A model generated the notes under the pieces. That model saw only the letters and a program-made list of their open reading frames with translations. It did no database searches and was not told where the DNA came from. The position numbers were made by a program, and so were the translations under genes. Positions 1 to 13,021 of a stretch of DNA of 64,000 nucleotides are shown piece by piece (positions within the stretch are counted from its first letter, which is position 1; each line of letters opens with the position of its first letter). Source of the DNA: Hyphochytrium catenoides (Eukaryota > Protista > Hyphochytriomycota); assembly GCA_900088475.1 (NCBI GenBank), contig FLMG01001193.1:70866-134865 (forward strand). The letters are read 5' to 3'.

Positions 1-77
1 GATCCACTACCTCTTTATCGAGTCTTACTTGGTTACTGTTTCTTTCATCTTCCGGTTTTGCTGACTATCTATGGCAG

Positions 78-1931
78 GGCTCTACTGCCTCCAGGTTACA
101 ATCCTGCCTTCCATATCGGAGTAAGGTCTACCAAGACAAAGAAACTGCTAGGCTTTATTACAGGCATACCCGTCTTAGCCAGAGTCTATAGCGAGTAAGT
201 TTCCCCTCTCTTCTTCTGGGAGGACATAGTCGGGAGGTGCTTGAGACTCGGGAGAAGTGTGTCCAGGTAGAGAGAAATGAAGGGACCTACACGATTGGAG
301 GTATTTTCCTATCAAGCAGAAGAGTCAGCAAAGGATCCTTCTCATGCTTTCGACGCCAAAGAGGATCACTCCGGCTTAAGTCGCAGTCGGCAACAATATA
401 GCTAGCAAGGACAAAGAGATGTCCGTAGACGAGAGTCTAACTCTCCCGGGATGAAGCAACAAACTCTGAAAGGCTTGGTTATGTAGGAAGGTCAAGATGG
501 TGGAAATCAACTTTCTTTGTGTCCACAAGAAGCTGCGAAGTAAGCGCCTTGCACCAGTGCTCATCAAGGAGGTGACCCGGCGTGTGAATAAGACAGGTCC
601 GTTATACTGGACTATTATTTTTGCTGGGAAGAAGGCACTGACCATCAAAACTTAGATGTTTGGCAGGCAGTGTACACAGCAGGTGTCGTCCTCCCCAAGC
701 CCGTAGCTAGTTGCCGATATTGGCACCGTTCATTAAACCCAAAAAAGCTGGTGGAGGTTGGCTTCTCTCGGCTTCCGCCAAGGATGACAATGAATATGCT
801 GATCAAGCTGTACAAGCTTCCTGCGGTAGGCACCGGTAGATATGAGAACTGAATAACTTGGAAGCTAACGAATGAACCCTAATTGCAGACTCCGGCTACC
901 CCAGGCATACGAAAGCTCACCGCTGAAGACGTTCCATCGGCCTGCAAGCTTCTGAACTCTTTCTTAGACGGGTCTGTTGACAATGCCCATTCCCCGCCAA
1001 TTCTGGCGAGAAAAGTTTCACTCATATCTCCGTCAATTGCCTTCGACCTCCCATGATTTGAGCTTCTTAACCTGCGCAAGGACCTTCCTTCAACTCTGTT
1101 TGATACCTTTGCTGCCGTAATCACCATCTGTAAGGGTTGATGTTTAAACCACTCCACTGATGGCTTATTGTCTAAAAGGTATGACCTGGTGACGATTTTT
1201 AGCGAGGAAGAGTTTGCGCACTGGTTCCTTCCGCGAGATCATGTCGTTGACTGCTATGTGCGGACAGTAAGTGATCCTTTCTCCATCGAGATACGGTTGC
1301 GTTCTCCATTGGCCAGCGGCGGCCTGGTCTGCAATCTGTGTTATAGTTCATCCTTCTGCCCCATGTGGAGTTGGATCTCTCGCGAAGTCCGTCCAATTTG
1401 ATGTGGCTTATACTTCCTCCCACACCTCATTTAGGATGACAAGACTGGAGAGGTCACAGATATATGTTCCTACTATCATCTGCCCTCGACGGTATTAAGG
1501 CATGAGAAGTACAAGAGCGTTAACGCCGCGTACTCTTTTTATAACGTGGCGACGACAGTCTCTCCGACTGAACTGATACAGGATTTGTTAGTGCTTGCGA
1601 AGAATGTATGACTTGGGCAACTCATGTGACTGGTGTCATTGAAAGTATATCTCAACTTATGCTCCTGATCTCTTTGCAGAATGGGTTCGATGTGTTCAAC
1701 GCGCTGGACGTTCAAAAGAACAGTGAGGTTTTCGGAAAGCTCAAGTTCGGCATTGGGGACGGACATTTGCAGGTAAGGAAGCCACCTCAAGTAAGTTATA
1801 CGTCTCAGATCGCTCAATTCTCACGCTTTGCTTCTGGTGCCAATGCCCTCAATGCGACCTCGCAGTATTATCTGTACAACTGGAAGTGTCCAGCGATGAC
1901 ACCTCCAAGAGTTGGCCTGGTGCTTCTTTGA
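78..1931 (+). CDS. NMT1: Glycylpeptide N-myristoyltransferase (5' end outside the window; multi-exon)
   Basis: Spliced exons give [67 protein letters not shown] and the C-terminus VGLVLL*. Introns are GT-AG. Confidence 0.97.
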
Positions 1932-2124
1932 GCATCTCAGCTTAGCTCCCTAGAACCCCAAACCCATTTGCAGAGGTCTAAGAGCACTAAGCTCAGCCAG
2001 AGACCTTCCTATCCTTAAACAGGCTTCCCTTAATTTAGACCTCAATGTCATGATCGAAAAGGGCTGATGTTTTAAAATCTTATAAAAGGAGTAGAGTGGG
2101 TGAAAGAATGCTTTGATGATAGCC

Positions 2125-4159
2125 CTACAGGTTCCCAAACTTTTCAAAGAGTAGCTGAGAATCCGAGCTGGTTGAAAGAAGACGGCCTATTCTGTCCTTG
2201 CTCCCCTGGCGCTTGATCTCATGAGTGTACGCCTGGAATTTCACAATGTTGCCAGGATCCTCATTCTCAAAGGCAATGCGATAGATCATTGCCATTAGCG
2301 GAAACTCTTCGAGCTGATTATTCTTCTCTAGCACCTGCCAATTAAGTTGAAGCAGATGCCGTTAGACACTACATCCTTGCGATAGGAGAACGCCTCAGGA
2401 GACAGAAGCTGTCTAGGGATTGTGAGTACTAGGCACAACCGCTGGCTAGGAGCAGAGACCTACCTTGTACACTTCTGAAGCCGTAAGAGTCCCCTGCAAC
2501 TTCTGCCCGCCCAGAAGCTCACTTTCTAACTCAGACTGAAGACAATGGCCACACAAACATGGAGGTAACGATAAATCAGACTGTCATGTTGAGAAGGGAT
2601 GGACTGTTCCTTATCGCTCGGCCGGTTCCGCAAGGAGCATCCTTCTCCTGTTTGGAAGATTTCCAGAGCATCCTTAGCCTACTTACCCAGCCTCGCCTGG
2701 TCTTGACATAGGCTTCAGCTACCTTTCGGTTCCTACCTGTCGGATAGTCCATGCAGTGGTCAATTGGAAGGTATGAAGCGGGAGAAGGAGAGAGCTTACC
2801 TCCGAAGCAGGTGGTGATGAGGTCAGCCACGCCACAGCTCTATGTATGCGGCAAAAAAATGTTCCAGCTCTGAGCTTTACTCCCCAACTGAAGCATTGTG
2901 CTATATTAGGTACCTCAAAAAATGTCTCATCCCTTATACCATCCAAATAGCGGTAGGCGAAGCGTTTCATCTCTAGCAATCCAATGCGAATGATAGCAGC
3001 TTTGGTATTGGTCCCATAGCCAAGACCATCACTAATAGCACAATTGTTGGCAACATAGAGAGGAAGCAAGATAATGAGAAACAACGCGGTGGTCTACATA
3101 GCTGAGAACAAGCCCTTAGATGACGCTGAGTCTCATCGATTGGGCCATCATATAGGTAAAGAACCAATTAGCAAGGCTGCACACCAGACGAAAAGCAGAA
3201 AGCCACAAGTGGACAGGAATGACGGTACTATCGAGCAGCAGGTCAACGCATGATAAAGTAGACGAGTAGGTCTTACCAGAAGCCAGCTCCAAGGGCAATC
3301 ACGTTCTTTAGAGCACCACAGATCTCTACTCCCTGGGCATCCAGGGCCACCTCGCACCTGAAGGTGTCAATGCTGAGTAGCTTTTTCCATAGAGAGCCAT
3401 TCTCAAGGTGCTCGGTTCCAATGGTACTCTCGCAGAACTGACCCTCGGCTATCTCGTTTGCAACATTTGCGCCCATTAGGACACTAACGTCTACCCCCAG
3501 GGCTTGGCGAATAATGTCTGAGATCAGAACAGGACCTTCCTCGTCAAAGTCGACGCCTTTGATTAACGAGATGGCCCTGGCGTCCGACCTCATACTAGCT
3601 TTGACCACTGGAAGAAGGCCGGGCAAAAACTGATGTGGAAGGACGAAGATGAGGCAGGAGGCACCTGTAACAGCTTTCTCCAGCTCTGGGACCGCAATAA
3701 CGTTCTGGGGAATCTTAAACCCTACAAGCAAGAGGTGCAAAACAGCGGTTGGCTTAGGTGTGAGAGAAAAGCAGGAAGTGTATTGAACAACAACCCACGC
3801 AGCAGCAAGCAACAGAACCTTCTCTGATTAGTCTTGGGAATCTGGGTGAATCACTATCTCATAATCTTAGCATAGAAGAGCTGACCTCACGAACCTGGGA
3901 GGTACTTTACGTTCTCATGGTCCGTGTTGATGATCTCACTCAGCTTGCGTCCATTGATCACCTCCTCGTACACCCAAATCACCACTTGCTGCTCAAAGAG
4001 ATCTGAATAGCTTCTTACAGTCTCGCCGACAATCCGTGCAATGGTTGTGCCCCAGTTGCCTGAGCCAATGATGCAAACCTTTTCCTTAGCCCCACTTCGG
4101 CCGCTAGATAGCCCAGTAGAGGTGTTTGGGTCCTGCGCTGTGCTGGACGTATCTTCCAT
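2125..4159 (-). CDS. GPD1: NAD-dependent glycerol-3-phosphate dehydrogenase
   Basis: [68 protein letters not shown] and GQKLQG across exons. Confidence 0.96.
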
Positions 4160-4916
4160 AGTTACTTGACCTTACTGTCTTGAAGCAGCTTCGACCGGAT
4201 AGCACTTTCAGGGTGCGCGCGCCTCCTTAGCCACGACAGCGGTGCTGTGTTAAATGTAAGAAATCGAAGCGCTCCCCTAACTCTTGGTCTCTCAGAGGCC
4301 AGGACTTCCCTGTCAGCTCAAGGACAGAGGCAGTACAGAGCCTAAGTCACGACTGTTCATCTGCTGCCAGCTGAAAGGGCTTGCGCCTTTGTCGATGTCG
4401 CTATGATGAGGTGTCGTGGTTGCTCTTCTCTACTCGTCGTACCTTCATCGACTTTCTGCGATCTCTGAAATAGATCTTCGCACGATCTAGTTCTGGAAGA
4501 ACCATTACTCAGATCACCTCCAGGAGAGCCCCGGTAACTGAGAGGTCTTGGCTTTGGAACATAGTTTGTCAAGCAAAGGAGGACGCCAATAATAACTTCC
4601 CCCGCCTGGCAGGTAGGAGTAGTAGTAAGCCTTCGTTGGGAGAAGCGCTACTCTGACATTCCATGATGAGCTGTGGCAGGGCCATTGATATTGTTGAGAC
4701 TATCCGAGCGTGGATCGGTGTGCTGCCCCAGCTCGAACATAAACCGATAAAGGCTAGCATTGGAGGCTTAATGGTTTATTTTACAAGCTTAAAGAGCAAA
4801 CGACCCCAGCAGCCCGACGGGGTTTGGGCCCGTGGCGAGTAGCATTGATGTACAGAATGGGGGTCAGATGGAAGATGGACGTGTTTTTACAGTGATGGGC
4901 GGGTTGAGCCGAACAA

Positions 4917-6570
4917 CTAATGGCTCCGAGCGACGCAAATAGCACCGGTAAGGTCGTCCACCGTGACTGCAAGCGGCAAGAGGACACCTAGAGCAGTGAA
5001 CAGAAAGTGATACAGCTGCCCATTAGGAGTAGTAGAGAATGTTGTACCCTCACCTTCACAACGCACTTCGCTGATACAAATATAGTAGTAATGCGGAGCT
5101 TCCGTCTGCCGGCGCTTCCCTCTTAGAACAAGTCGCACTATACCTCCCAAGAAAAGAACGGGCTTCTTGAACTGGAATGTCTGGGGCTATATCGTTTTTT
5201 AGTGAGCTGCAAGATGTATGTCACATCTTCTGGTTTCCCCTTTCCTCCTTTCAACGTCTTCTCGTCCAGCACCTGCCTCTCTCTACCAAAGTCATCTTCC
5301 TTTCCTGCCAATCTTCTTTCTACATTTACCTTCCAGCTTTGCTCGAACCCAAATACAAGCGATCGCCCTATTCACGTCTCCTAAGGGAACTGCTCCTAGC
5401 TCCTGTCCAACCACCCACAAGCATGCTTTGAATTTCACAACCACAAACGCTCCTCCATTTTCCGCGCTCTCTGCCTACAACTTCTTGCTCAACTTCTCTA
5501 GTCTTTTTTGCCTTGAGCCCGCTTGTAAGAGTGTCAAGTCTTACCCGGAATTTGTTCTCCATATTGGACACCTCTGATTGAAAGTAAGGCTCAGTTGCCC
5601 CCGCCAGAAAGAATTCAAACTGCACTTGCTGAGGCCCATAGGTGGGCGCCGACGGGTGCCAATACGCTTGATAGGGAGTCACGCTTATGGAAGTGATAAG
5701 GGCAACATTGCCCTTAAGCGTATACTCGAGCCATTCTACTTGGTCTGGTGTCTCCGAGGGTTCACTGTGGACAATTCAGAAGAGTTAGATACCTACAGCA
5801 AGCCCTTAAGAAGACATCTGAAAGCACTACATATGTATAGCAGCATTTCTACTTGAAGAGGTTGCCGCACCTGCTCCAATAGCAAGGACTCCCAGACCCA
5901 CTGCAGCCGCAGCGATACTGCAAGAGTTTGTAAAGCTGGATTAGTTGGTGAGGTGGAATCTCTGTTCTGCAATGCGTTATCATTTGCAAGCACGGAGACT
6001 TGGTGAGGGTAGTGTTGATCGACTCATCCTCATGATCCTGACTCGATGGGTCTGGCCGGGTGGTCTTAGTGCAATGATCTTTAATCTCAAGATTGCGGAG
6101 AACCCACCTCCTGCTTCCTGGATGAGGTTCTTCTTCTGCCTCTTTGAGCCGAAGGCAATGGCTCTGTAGACATTGGGCCAAGTGGCATGGCCAATCTGGT
6201 TGATTGTAGGCACGAGAACGGTCGCCCGCCGACGACAGTAAGCTGAGGGACAACAGAGTTAACATAAGGTTATTGAAGAGCAGACATATGTATGCAATAC
6301 AGACGCGCTGCTATGACCCTAGCTAATTGTCTCCCCTAAGTTCCGCCTTACATGAAGATCTTGTTATCCGATGTAGAAACCGCGCACATTCTGCCACAAG
6401 CAGCTCCGTAGGAAAGTCAAAGAACTCCAGCAGGTACTATGCAAAAGGGAGAAATAAAGACAATGCAGCGTCGTGAGGAATAGAGGCAAAACCTTCTCAT
6501 ATATCTACCGTACCTCGATAACAACGTCTGGTAGCCGCTGCAGGTAGCATGGCCTTCTTCCTTCAGCCAT
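4917..6570 (-). CDS. F-box protein, plant At4g00755-like family
   Basis: N-terminal LQRLPDVVIE|YLLEF F-box-like segment. SSQDHEDESINTTL, YWSSEPS, PYQAYWHPSAPTYGP and PVLFLGGIVRLVLRGK...YYICISEV match motifs I recall for this family. Start uncertain. Confidence 0.7.
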
Positions 6571-7279
6571 GGCCGTGCAACCTATGGGTACGCTATCAAC
6601 CTCCATCTCAGGATCAACGCTGGGCGGAGATGCCCATGGCAAGGGTCGGCCCCAAGACGGGGCTGCCCCGCGGCGATCGTAAGGGTGGTATCGGAACAGC
6701 TTTCCTTATAGGTCGGAGAGGATAATAGACCGTCTCCCTGATAATCAGGCTGATCGGAGTCCCGAAGAGCTCCGTCTGTGAGCAAAATGTTATAAGAAAA
6801 GACTCTGCTCTCCTCTTAGGCAGCTGGGATAGATTCACTCCACGGATGAGCGACGTCAGTCAAGCCGTAGAACAGAGCTGCCATACTTCAAAGGCTGCAA
6901 CAGATAGATGGGTGCTCAGGTCGCCCCTGATGATAGAGCTAGCGCCGTGCCCTCCTACTTTCAGGTTGACATGCGGGTGATATTGTGTGTAAATTTTCCA
7001 GATGCCTTTGTCTATGTCTATCAATAGAGATGCAAGGTTTCCCAGATCGTGACTGTGGACTTGGGATGCTGCACAGTGTTTGATGTGGTAAGAGGTGTGA
7101 CTTGGGAGCTGTTAGTTCCTCTTCGCGCAGCATCCTCGGCTGCCGCTCATCTTGGAAGAACAAGCAAACGCACGTCTATTTCTCACTACAGAGATCCTAC
7201 CTCTCATTGCTCTCCGCGTTGGTCTGGGATCGAGCGAGAGCTCCTGTAGAGGGAGTTGACATGGTCAAACTGCCGCAGG

Positions 7280-7369
7280 AGAGAAAGAGAAAGAGAGAGA
7301 GAGAACTGAGAGATTGAGGAAGAGACAAAGGGAGACAAAGAAAGAGATAGAGACAGGGACAGAAGAGGG

Positions 7370-7407
<38 letters not shown>

Positions 7408-7440
7408 GAGACAGAGAGAGAGAGGAAGAGAGAGAGAGAG

Positions 7441-7485
<45 letters not shown>
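7280..7485. repeat. Imperfect (GA)n/(TC)n microsatellite
   Basis: About 200 bp of gagaga/gacaga. It explains the spurious SLSLSL and ERER ORFs. Confidence 0.95.
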
Positions 7486-8458
7486 ACAAGAAGTTTGGTG
7501 GAAGCTTCTCATCTTGATGAGCACAAGCACATGGAGAAGTGAGCTTGGCCTCAAAGAATCGCCGCCCTCCCGCCAATCTAGCCTTACATCTCACTAAGGA
7601 TAGCTGATCGTTAACCGACCAAATAAATTGGAGCTTTTTGGTCTCTCTCTTCCTCACTTTTCCTTCACACCATCATCATCACAGTAGGCCACATCGCCCA
7701 CCCATCCGGCCTTGGGGGTATAGCTTTTATTGGTGCTTGCTTGATAATTGAATGTGCCCACCCGCCGCTCAAGGGGTGCAACCACATCAGAAACAAAGAA
7801 AAGGCCAAAGAGACAGGGCCTTGCTTGCGAGTGGGACAAAAAGAGTGCGAAGAGAGAGTAGAATTGAGGGAATACAAGTATGGAATGTTGGCAGACAGAG
7901 CGACAGAGAGAAGCGCCCATCCAATGCTCATCTTGGTCTGACCAACTGAATAGGCGGCAATTTCCAACATCCTTGCAACTTCAAGCTCATCATCAGCGGC
8001 CAGCTAGCTTATCATCAAGACAACCGGAGATCACAGCGGGAGGAGACCAGACACCTGGAAGGAGCAAAGATCAAAGGAAGTCCGACATAAAGACATCAGG
8101 GTGAAGCCCACTCTGGTATACACTTCAAAGGATGGCAAGAGAGAGTTGAGCGATGTTGTTCCTCCTAGTCTTTCTATCTCCTCAAGTAAAGAGGACAACT
8201 TCTAAGTCGTACGGCTTCTAGCTCTTTATCATTGTGACGTCTTCAGCTGTTTTAACCCTTAGGTAACGGGCAGGGAGCTGCTATAAAAGTGCCCCTGTTG
8301 GTCACAGTGTGGGGGTGCGGAAAGCAGGCAGAAGAGTGATGACGAGAATGGCATCCACATGTTGCTTATGAAGCTCGATACGCCCACGACTTTGGTGATA
8401 AAAGGCACCTTGAGTAGCTCCTTCGCTTTCCTACCGTTCCTGGTCCCCGAAGGGCCAC

Positions 8459-9034
8459 ATGAGGTTCTTCTCGCCAACCAGTAATAATAGAGCTCACTTC
8501 TGCCGGGCCCTCAGCTCCGCGCAGCCACAGCGACAGCTCAGAGCCATTGTGGCTTGCTCGAGCAATTATGTAATAGGGTTCAAGGGCCGGCTACCTTGGC
8601 GCTTCGATTGCGATTGGACACATTTTTTAAGGACTACAGCAGGAGGGGTCATCATTGTTGGTCGTCAGTCATATGAAGAGCTGAACTACGCCATCCCAGG
8701 AAGAGAGACTATCGTCATATCCAATTCAAGGCGTCGATTTCATGACGCAGTGCGTGCGGGATCCGTCGAAGATGCTCTGTCGATGGCCGAGGAGCATTGG
8801 CCAGCAAAGGACGTTTGGATATGTGGAGGTGAAAGGATTTATCAAGCAGGACTGCCATACTGTGGAGAGCTTTACATTACTCGAATTATGGCAGACTTTG
8901 AGGGTGACAGATATTTCCCTTCTTCGTGGAGAAAAGACTTCCCCGTACTTTTGACATCGCACGTGGAAGACGAGAGAGGCTATCGTTTGAATTTCGAATT
9001 GTACAGTAGGGCATCGCCGTTAGAAGAGCCTTAA
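8459..9034 (+). CDS. DHFR: Monofunctional dihydrofolate reductase, intronless, with a possible mitochondrial presequence
   Basis: AIVA..NYVIG..GRLPW, conserved Asp in DWTHFLRTT, IVGRQSY, IPGRETIVIS, ICGGERIY, LYITRI and EGDRYFP. The stop follows with no TS domain. Confidence 0.92.
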   Translation: MRFFSPTSNNRAHFCRALSSAQPQRQLRAIVACSSNYVIGFKGRLPWRFDCDWTHFLRTTAGGVIIVGRQSYEELNYAIPGRETIVISNSRRRFHDAVRAGSVEDALSMAEEHWPAKDVWICGGERIYQAGLPYCGELYITRIMADFEGDRYFPSSWRKDFPVLLTSHVEDERGYRLNFELYSRASPLEEP

Positions 9035-9106
9035 CGCGACGTGCAGTATATAGGAAAATTGGTGACCATAAGTAGTACTAGGGATGGTGAAGATTGTCAC
9101 GCTTAG

Positions 9107-11796
9107 TTATTTTCTCCCTTGCTCTCCCTGCCCTGATTCACTTTTATCCGTCTTTGCGAAAGAACCCGGTAGAGGTTGCAACGGAGCAGTTATTGACAGG
9201 GTTCCGCTCTGTTCGTCCTCGAGCACTGTTTTTAGGGCATCTAGGCACTTTACATATCGGGGAGCGAACGCCTTGAGCTCCGTTCTCTCCACCTTCAGAA
9301 GCCGCACAAAGTTGTTGTCTACTTTCTTCAAAAGGGTCCGGAAGGCTTTCTCCTACAGCCCAAATGATTAGAGATCTAGCTATTTCTACGCAGTAGTTGG
9401 GTTACCTGTCCTTTCCGCAGTAGCGTGACACAAGTCCCTCCCTGGCCCGCTCTGGCTGTTCTTCCTACTCTGTGGATATAAGTCTTCACATAAGTCGGCA
9501 TGTCGTAGTTGATGACACACTCCATTTGTAGGTCCATTCCTCTTGCCATTGCATCAGAGCAAACCAGGACCTGCGAGGCCATGATCTCAGTGGCTATTGC
9601 CCTCCAACTTCTCTATACTCTATATCTTACCTTAATGCGGCCATCGCGACAGGCTTGGAGCAACCGGCTCCTCTTGGCCTGAGCGAGTTGTCCAGAATAT
9701 TCTCCCACGGACCCTGACGTCACAATCAGCAATCTCATTAGGCCAGGAACCGACTGCGTTTAAGATATAGCCACTAAGACTCACCAGCGGACATGTAGAG
9801 CTGCAGTAGCCGTGTTAGACGGTGTGTAGACTCAACGGAGGAGGTAAAAATAATGACGCGCTTGTTTGAATGTTCTCGAAGCAGAAGATGAATGAGAAAG
9901 AGAGGCTTTTCTCCGGTTTCGCATAAAAGCATGTACTCGCTAAGTCCTTCAGGTGTCGAATATAAAGACTTCGTCCCAGACCGGTCCAAGAAGTCAAATT
10001 TGTCGTTAGCCTCTGACTGAGTGACCTTTTGATTAGAGGGGTCTCCGTCCACCAGCTGTTCCCTGGTAGTTGCGTAGTACTGTGGATAGAGTAATCCGAG
10101 AGCTGCAAGTTTCTTGGGGTTCCGGGTAAGCGTGGCCGAAAAGAGCATTCGTCTGAAGGGTGGGGCCATGGTGGAGCGCGTTAAGCCTGTCTCCGTTTCT
10201 GTCTTTGGCCTCGTTCTGACTGATGCAGGGTCAAACTTCAAGGTGAGGTCTTCCTTCGCCAGCCTTTGGAGAACAGGCAAAAGTGAGGATCCGGGTGACT
10301 TTGGCAAACGCCCACTTTGTATAGTCAAGCATAAAGAGTGCTTGAATGCAAACGCACTAAGGTCTAAACCACGAGATCGTGATAACAGAACTTTTGATAT
10401 CTTACCTAACCGTTCCTGGTTGCCTTCCATACGCCGAGTCGTATACCTTCGCTATCCAGTCGTAATAAGATTGATTTAGCAGCCTATCGGCCTCGTCCAC
10501 CACTAGATAGCGTAGGTGTTGCAGAGTGAAGCCAGGAGTTTGACGTAAGTGGTCAATGAGTCTGCCCGGGGTCGCAACTAGTATATCAACCAGGCTACAG
10601 CCGCCACATATTTGCTGCTCGATCGTCAAGACCTTAGGTCCTTGCCCTGAAGCCTTTACCCCATGACTGGTCTCGTAGCCCGTTGCACCTATACCAAGTA
10701 CTTCTTAGCGATATGACCCGAGATCAATAAAGTATGACTATATCCAGCTTCTAAGTAGCTCCGAAACAGAAACAATGTATACAGTCCACTAGAGGCACAT
10801 GGAAACGACAGAGGTAAGAAGGAGGGAGACGAGGGAGTACTGCCTACCGACTAAGTCCAACTGTTCGTCTGCAAAGTTAGATTGACCAATGGCAAGGCCC
10901 ACCACAAGTTGGCTGCCAGCGCAGTAATGGTCAAAAACAGACTTCACCTGGATGGCGAGATCTCTACTAGGTACCACAACAAGAGCTCGGAGTCGGCAAA
11001 TGGTGCGTTCCAGAAGGGCTTGGACGATTGGAAGGACGTAGACTAGAGTCTTGCCCGACCCCGTTGGAGCAGATACACAGACATCGACGCCAAAACCTCC
11101 CGTAGGCAAGCCCTCTGTACGCATCACACCTGGTATTGCCTGCCTCTGAATAGGGAAAAAAGACTTCATACCCGCTGCATGCAACCTTCCTATTAGGAAG
11201 CTATCAATGCCCCAAGCTTCACAATCCTCTTCGATGGTTGACTGTACGCGCTCCGAAAGGTTCACCAGCCTCTTCTGAAGCCTTGCTCTCTGTGGTTCCT
11301 TGAAGTCCTGCTCACTTGCCTGAGATGCCCGTTTAGGGCTTGGAAGCCTTGGATCCTGTCTAACCGTTTTAGTGGTTTGCTCTTGCTCATCTTCGGGTCC
11401 TTCTGCCGAGCCCTTCTCAATCCCTTCATCCGCTAAAGGTTCAGATGTAAATCTAGCTGTTGCCTCCATTTTCGGCTTTGTTGGCTCCCCATGACTCTTA
11501 AGTCTGCTTTTTCCTGTATATAGCTTAGATTTTCCTCGACAGCTTGGCAATCGCAAAAACCAATTACCTGACTTTGCGCCCTGAGAGTGCCTCCGGTCAG
11601 CGAAGAAGTCACCGCCTGCATTGTGCTGCTTGTTGGTGACGTTCGTACGTCCATCGTCGTTCCCTTCAGTATCAGGCCGTGCTGCACGAGAAACCTTGTC
11701 AGGAAGAGCAATGCAATATAGTTGCAGACAGGTACACGGTCCCACCTCTTTTTCTCTTGTAAACTTTTGCCGGAGATGGCGAATGGCCCTCCCCAC
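9107..11796 (-). CDS. DDX51: DEAD-box RNA helicase DDX51/Dbp6 (start uncertain)
   Basis: [52 protein letters not shown] and [10 protein letters not shown]. Confidence 0.9.
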
Positions 11797-13021
11797 TGCC
11801 GTCGAAGCGCTTAACAGAGAACATCAATGCTCCTGCTTGAGGTGCACGCGGTGAGATGAAGATTAGTTTAGAATCTCTCTGCGCTTCAGCCACCCGGTAT
11901 CACGAGTCCGAAAGCCACTAGGATGCACTACGTAACTTTCATCCTGGGAGCAAGCGAGTCGCGTTGTAGCTGTTTCACATGCTGCTGCTCAACCAATCTG
12001 CTTCGTAGGTTGCTTCTCCCGATGACGATGGTTGATGGTCAGTCTCTGTGTCTCTGTCGTAGGTCAGCGCGCTTCGCATCCCATCAACCATCACCGTCAG
12101 AGCCGCTAACGCCGCTTCAATGCAACTCCTGGGGGTTATACCACTCTCTCTAAACCCCCTTTAAATCGTTTCCGGCCACTATCCTCACATGAAATCACCT
12201 AGATTGACGAGGGACTCACAGATCAGATCTGGTAGCTCTTTGGCCTCTCTTCGTACCGAGCAGCCTCAAGTTTGGCTGCGGAAGAGGTTTAGGAAGAGAG
12301 TGAGGATGTGGTTAATAATAAGGGTCATAACATAACCTTTGTATTACTTTAGGGTTAAGGGGGCGGCGTATTCTCAGATGCTAGGCGGCATTCTGGAAGG
12401 CTGTGCTCCTTACAGATCCAAAGCTCTGGAGCAAGTAAGAGCACTATACAGAGTAGGAAGTAAGAGTATCGTGCAGAGAAGCTTCGTGAGGACGGCAAAG
12501 AGATGAGATACATCCAGACGGCGGAAGGATAGAGTTGGCGCGAGAGAGACAGAGAGCGAGAGAAGACAAAGCGAGACCGGCACACCAGAGAAAGAGAAGA
12601 GAGCTCGTTTCCTGGAAGTGTGGCTGAAGAACTCTGGAGGCTGCAGCCACGAAAGGGGCTTACTTTTAGTTTGCTGCACCTCCTTCCTGGTCCTATCGAC
12701 AGCCGCCACTTACGAGTTGCGTTGAGTAGCTGTCAGTCATCTTCCAGCTACCTCCTTACCATTTATTGACCCGCAGACAGTTCTCTCAGAACCAAGCAAG
12801 TCGACCTCGTCTTAGCCTCAGATAGTCCTAAAATCTCACCGAAATAAGGTCTTTGGCATCTTTAACGCGGGGCGAACTAGAGCGGTTGCTTCCTCAGCTA
12901 GGAGTTAGGAACGTTTGAGTAAACTATTAGACTTTGTGAAGAAGTGTAGACTGTAAGCACTCTGTCTATCTGTTGTTTGGCAGCTCAAAACTAACCTGCA
13001 ATGGCGCTTCATAGGGTCAGC

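Noticed and set aside
4400-4473. C/D snoRNA-like pattern (ATGATGA ... CTGA with ctat/atag ends)
   Set aside because: No recognisable rRNA/snRNA-complementary guide and no internal C'/D' boxes. A match this short is expected by chance.
7204-7657. ORFs rich in SLSLSL or ERERER
   Set aside because: Translations of the GA microsatellite.
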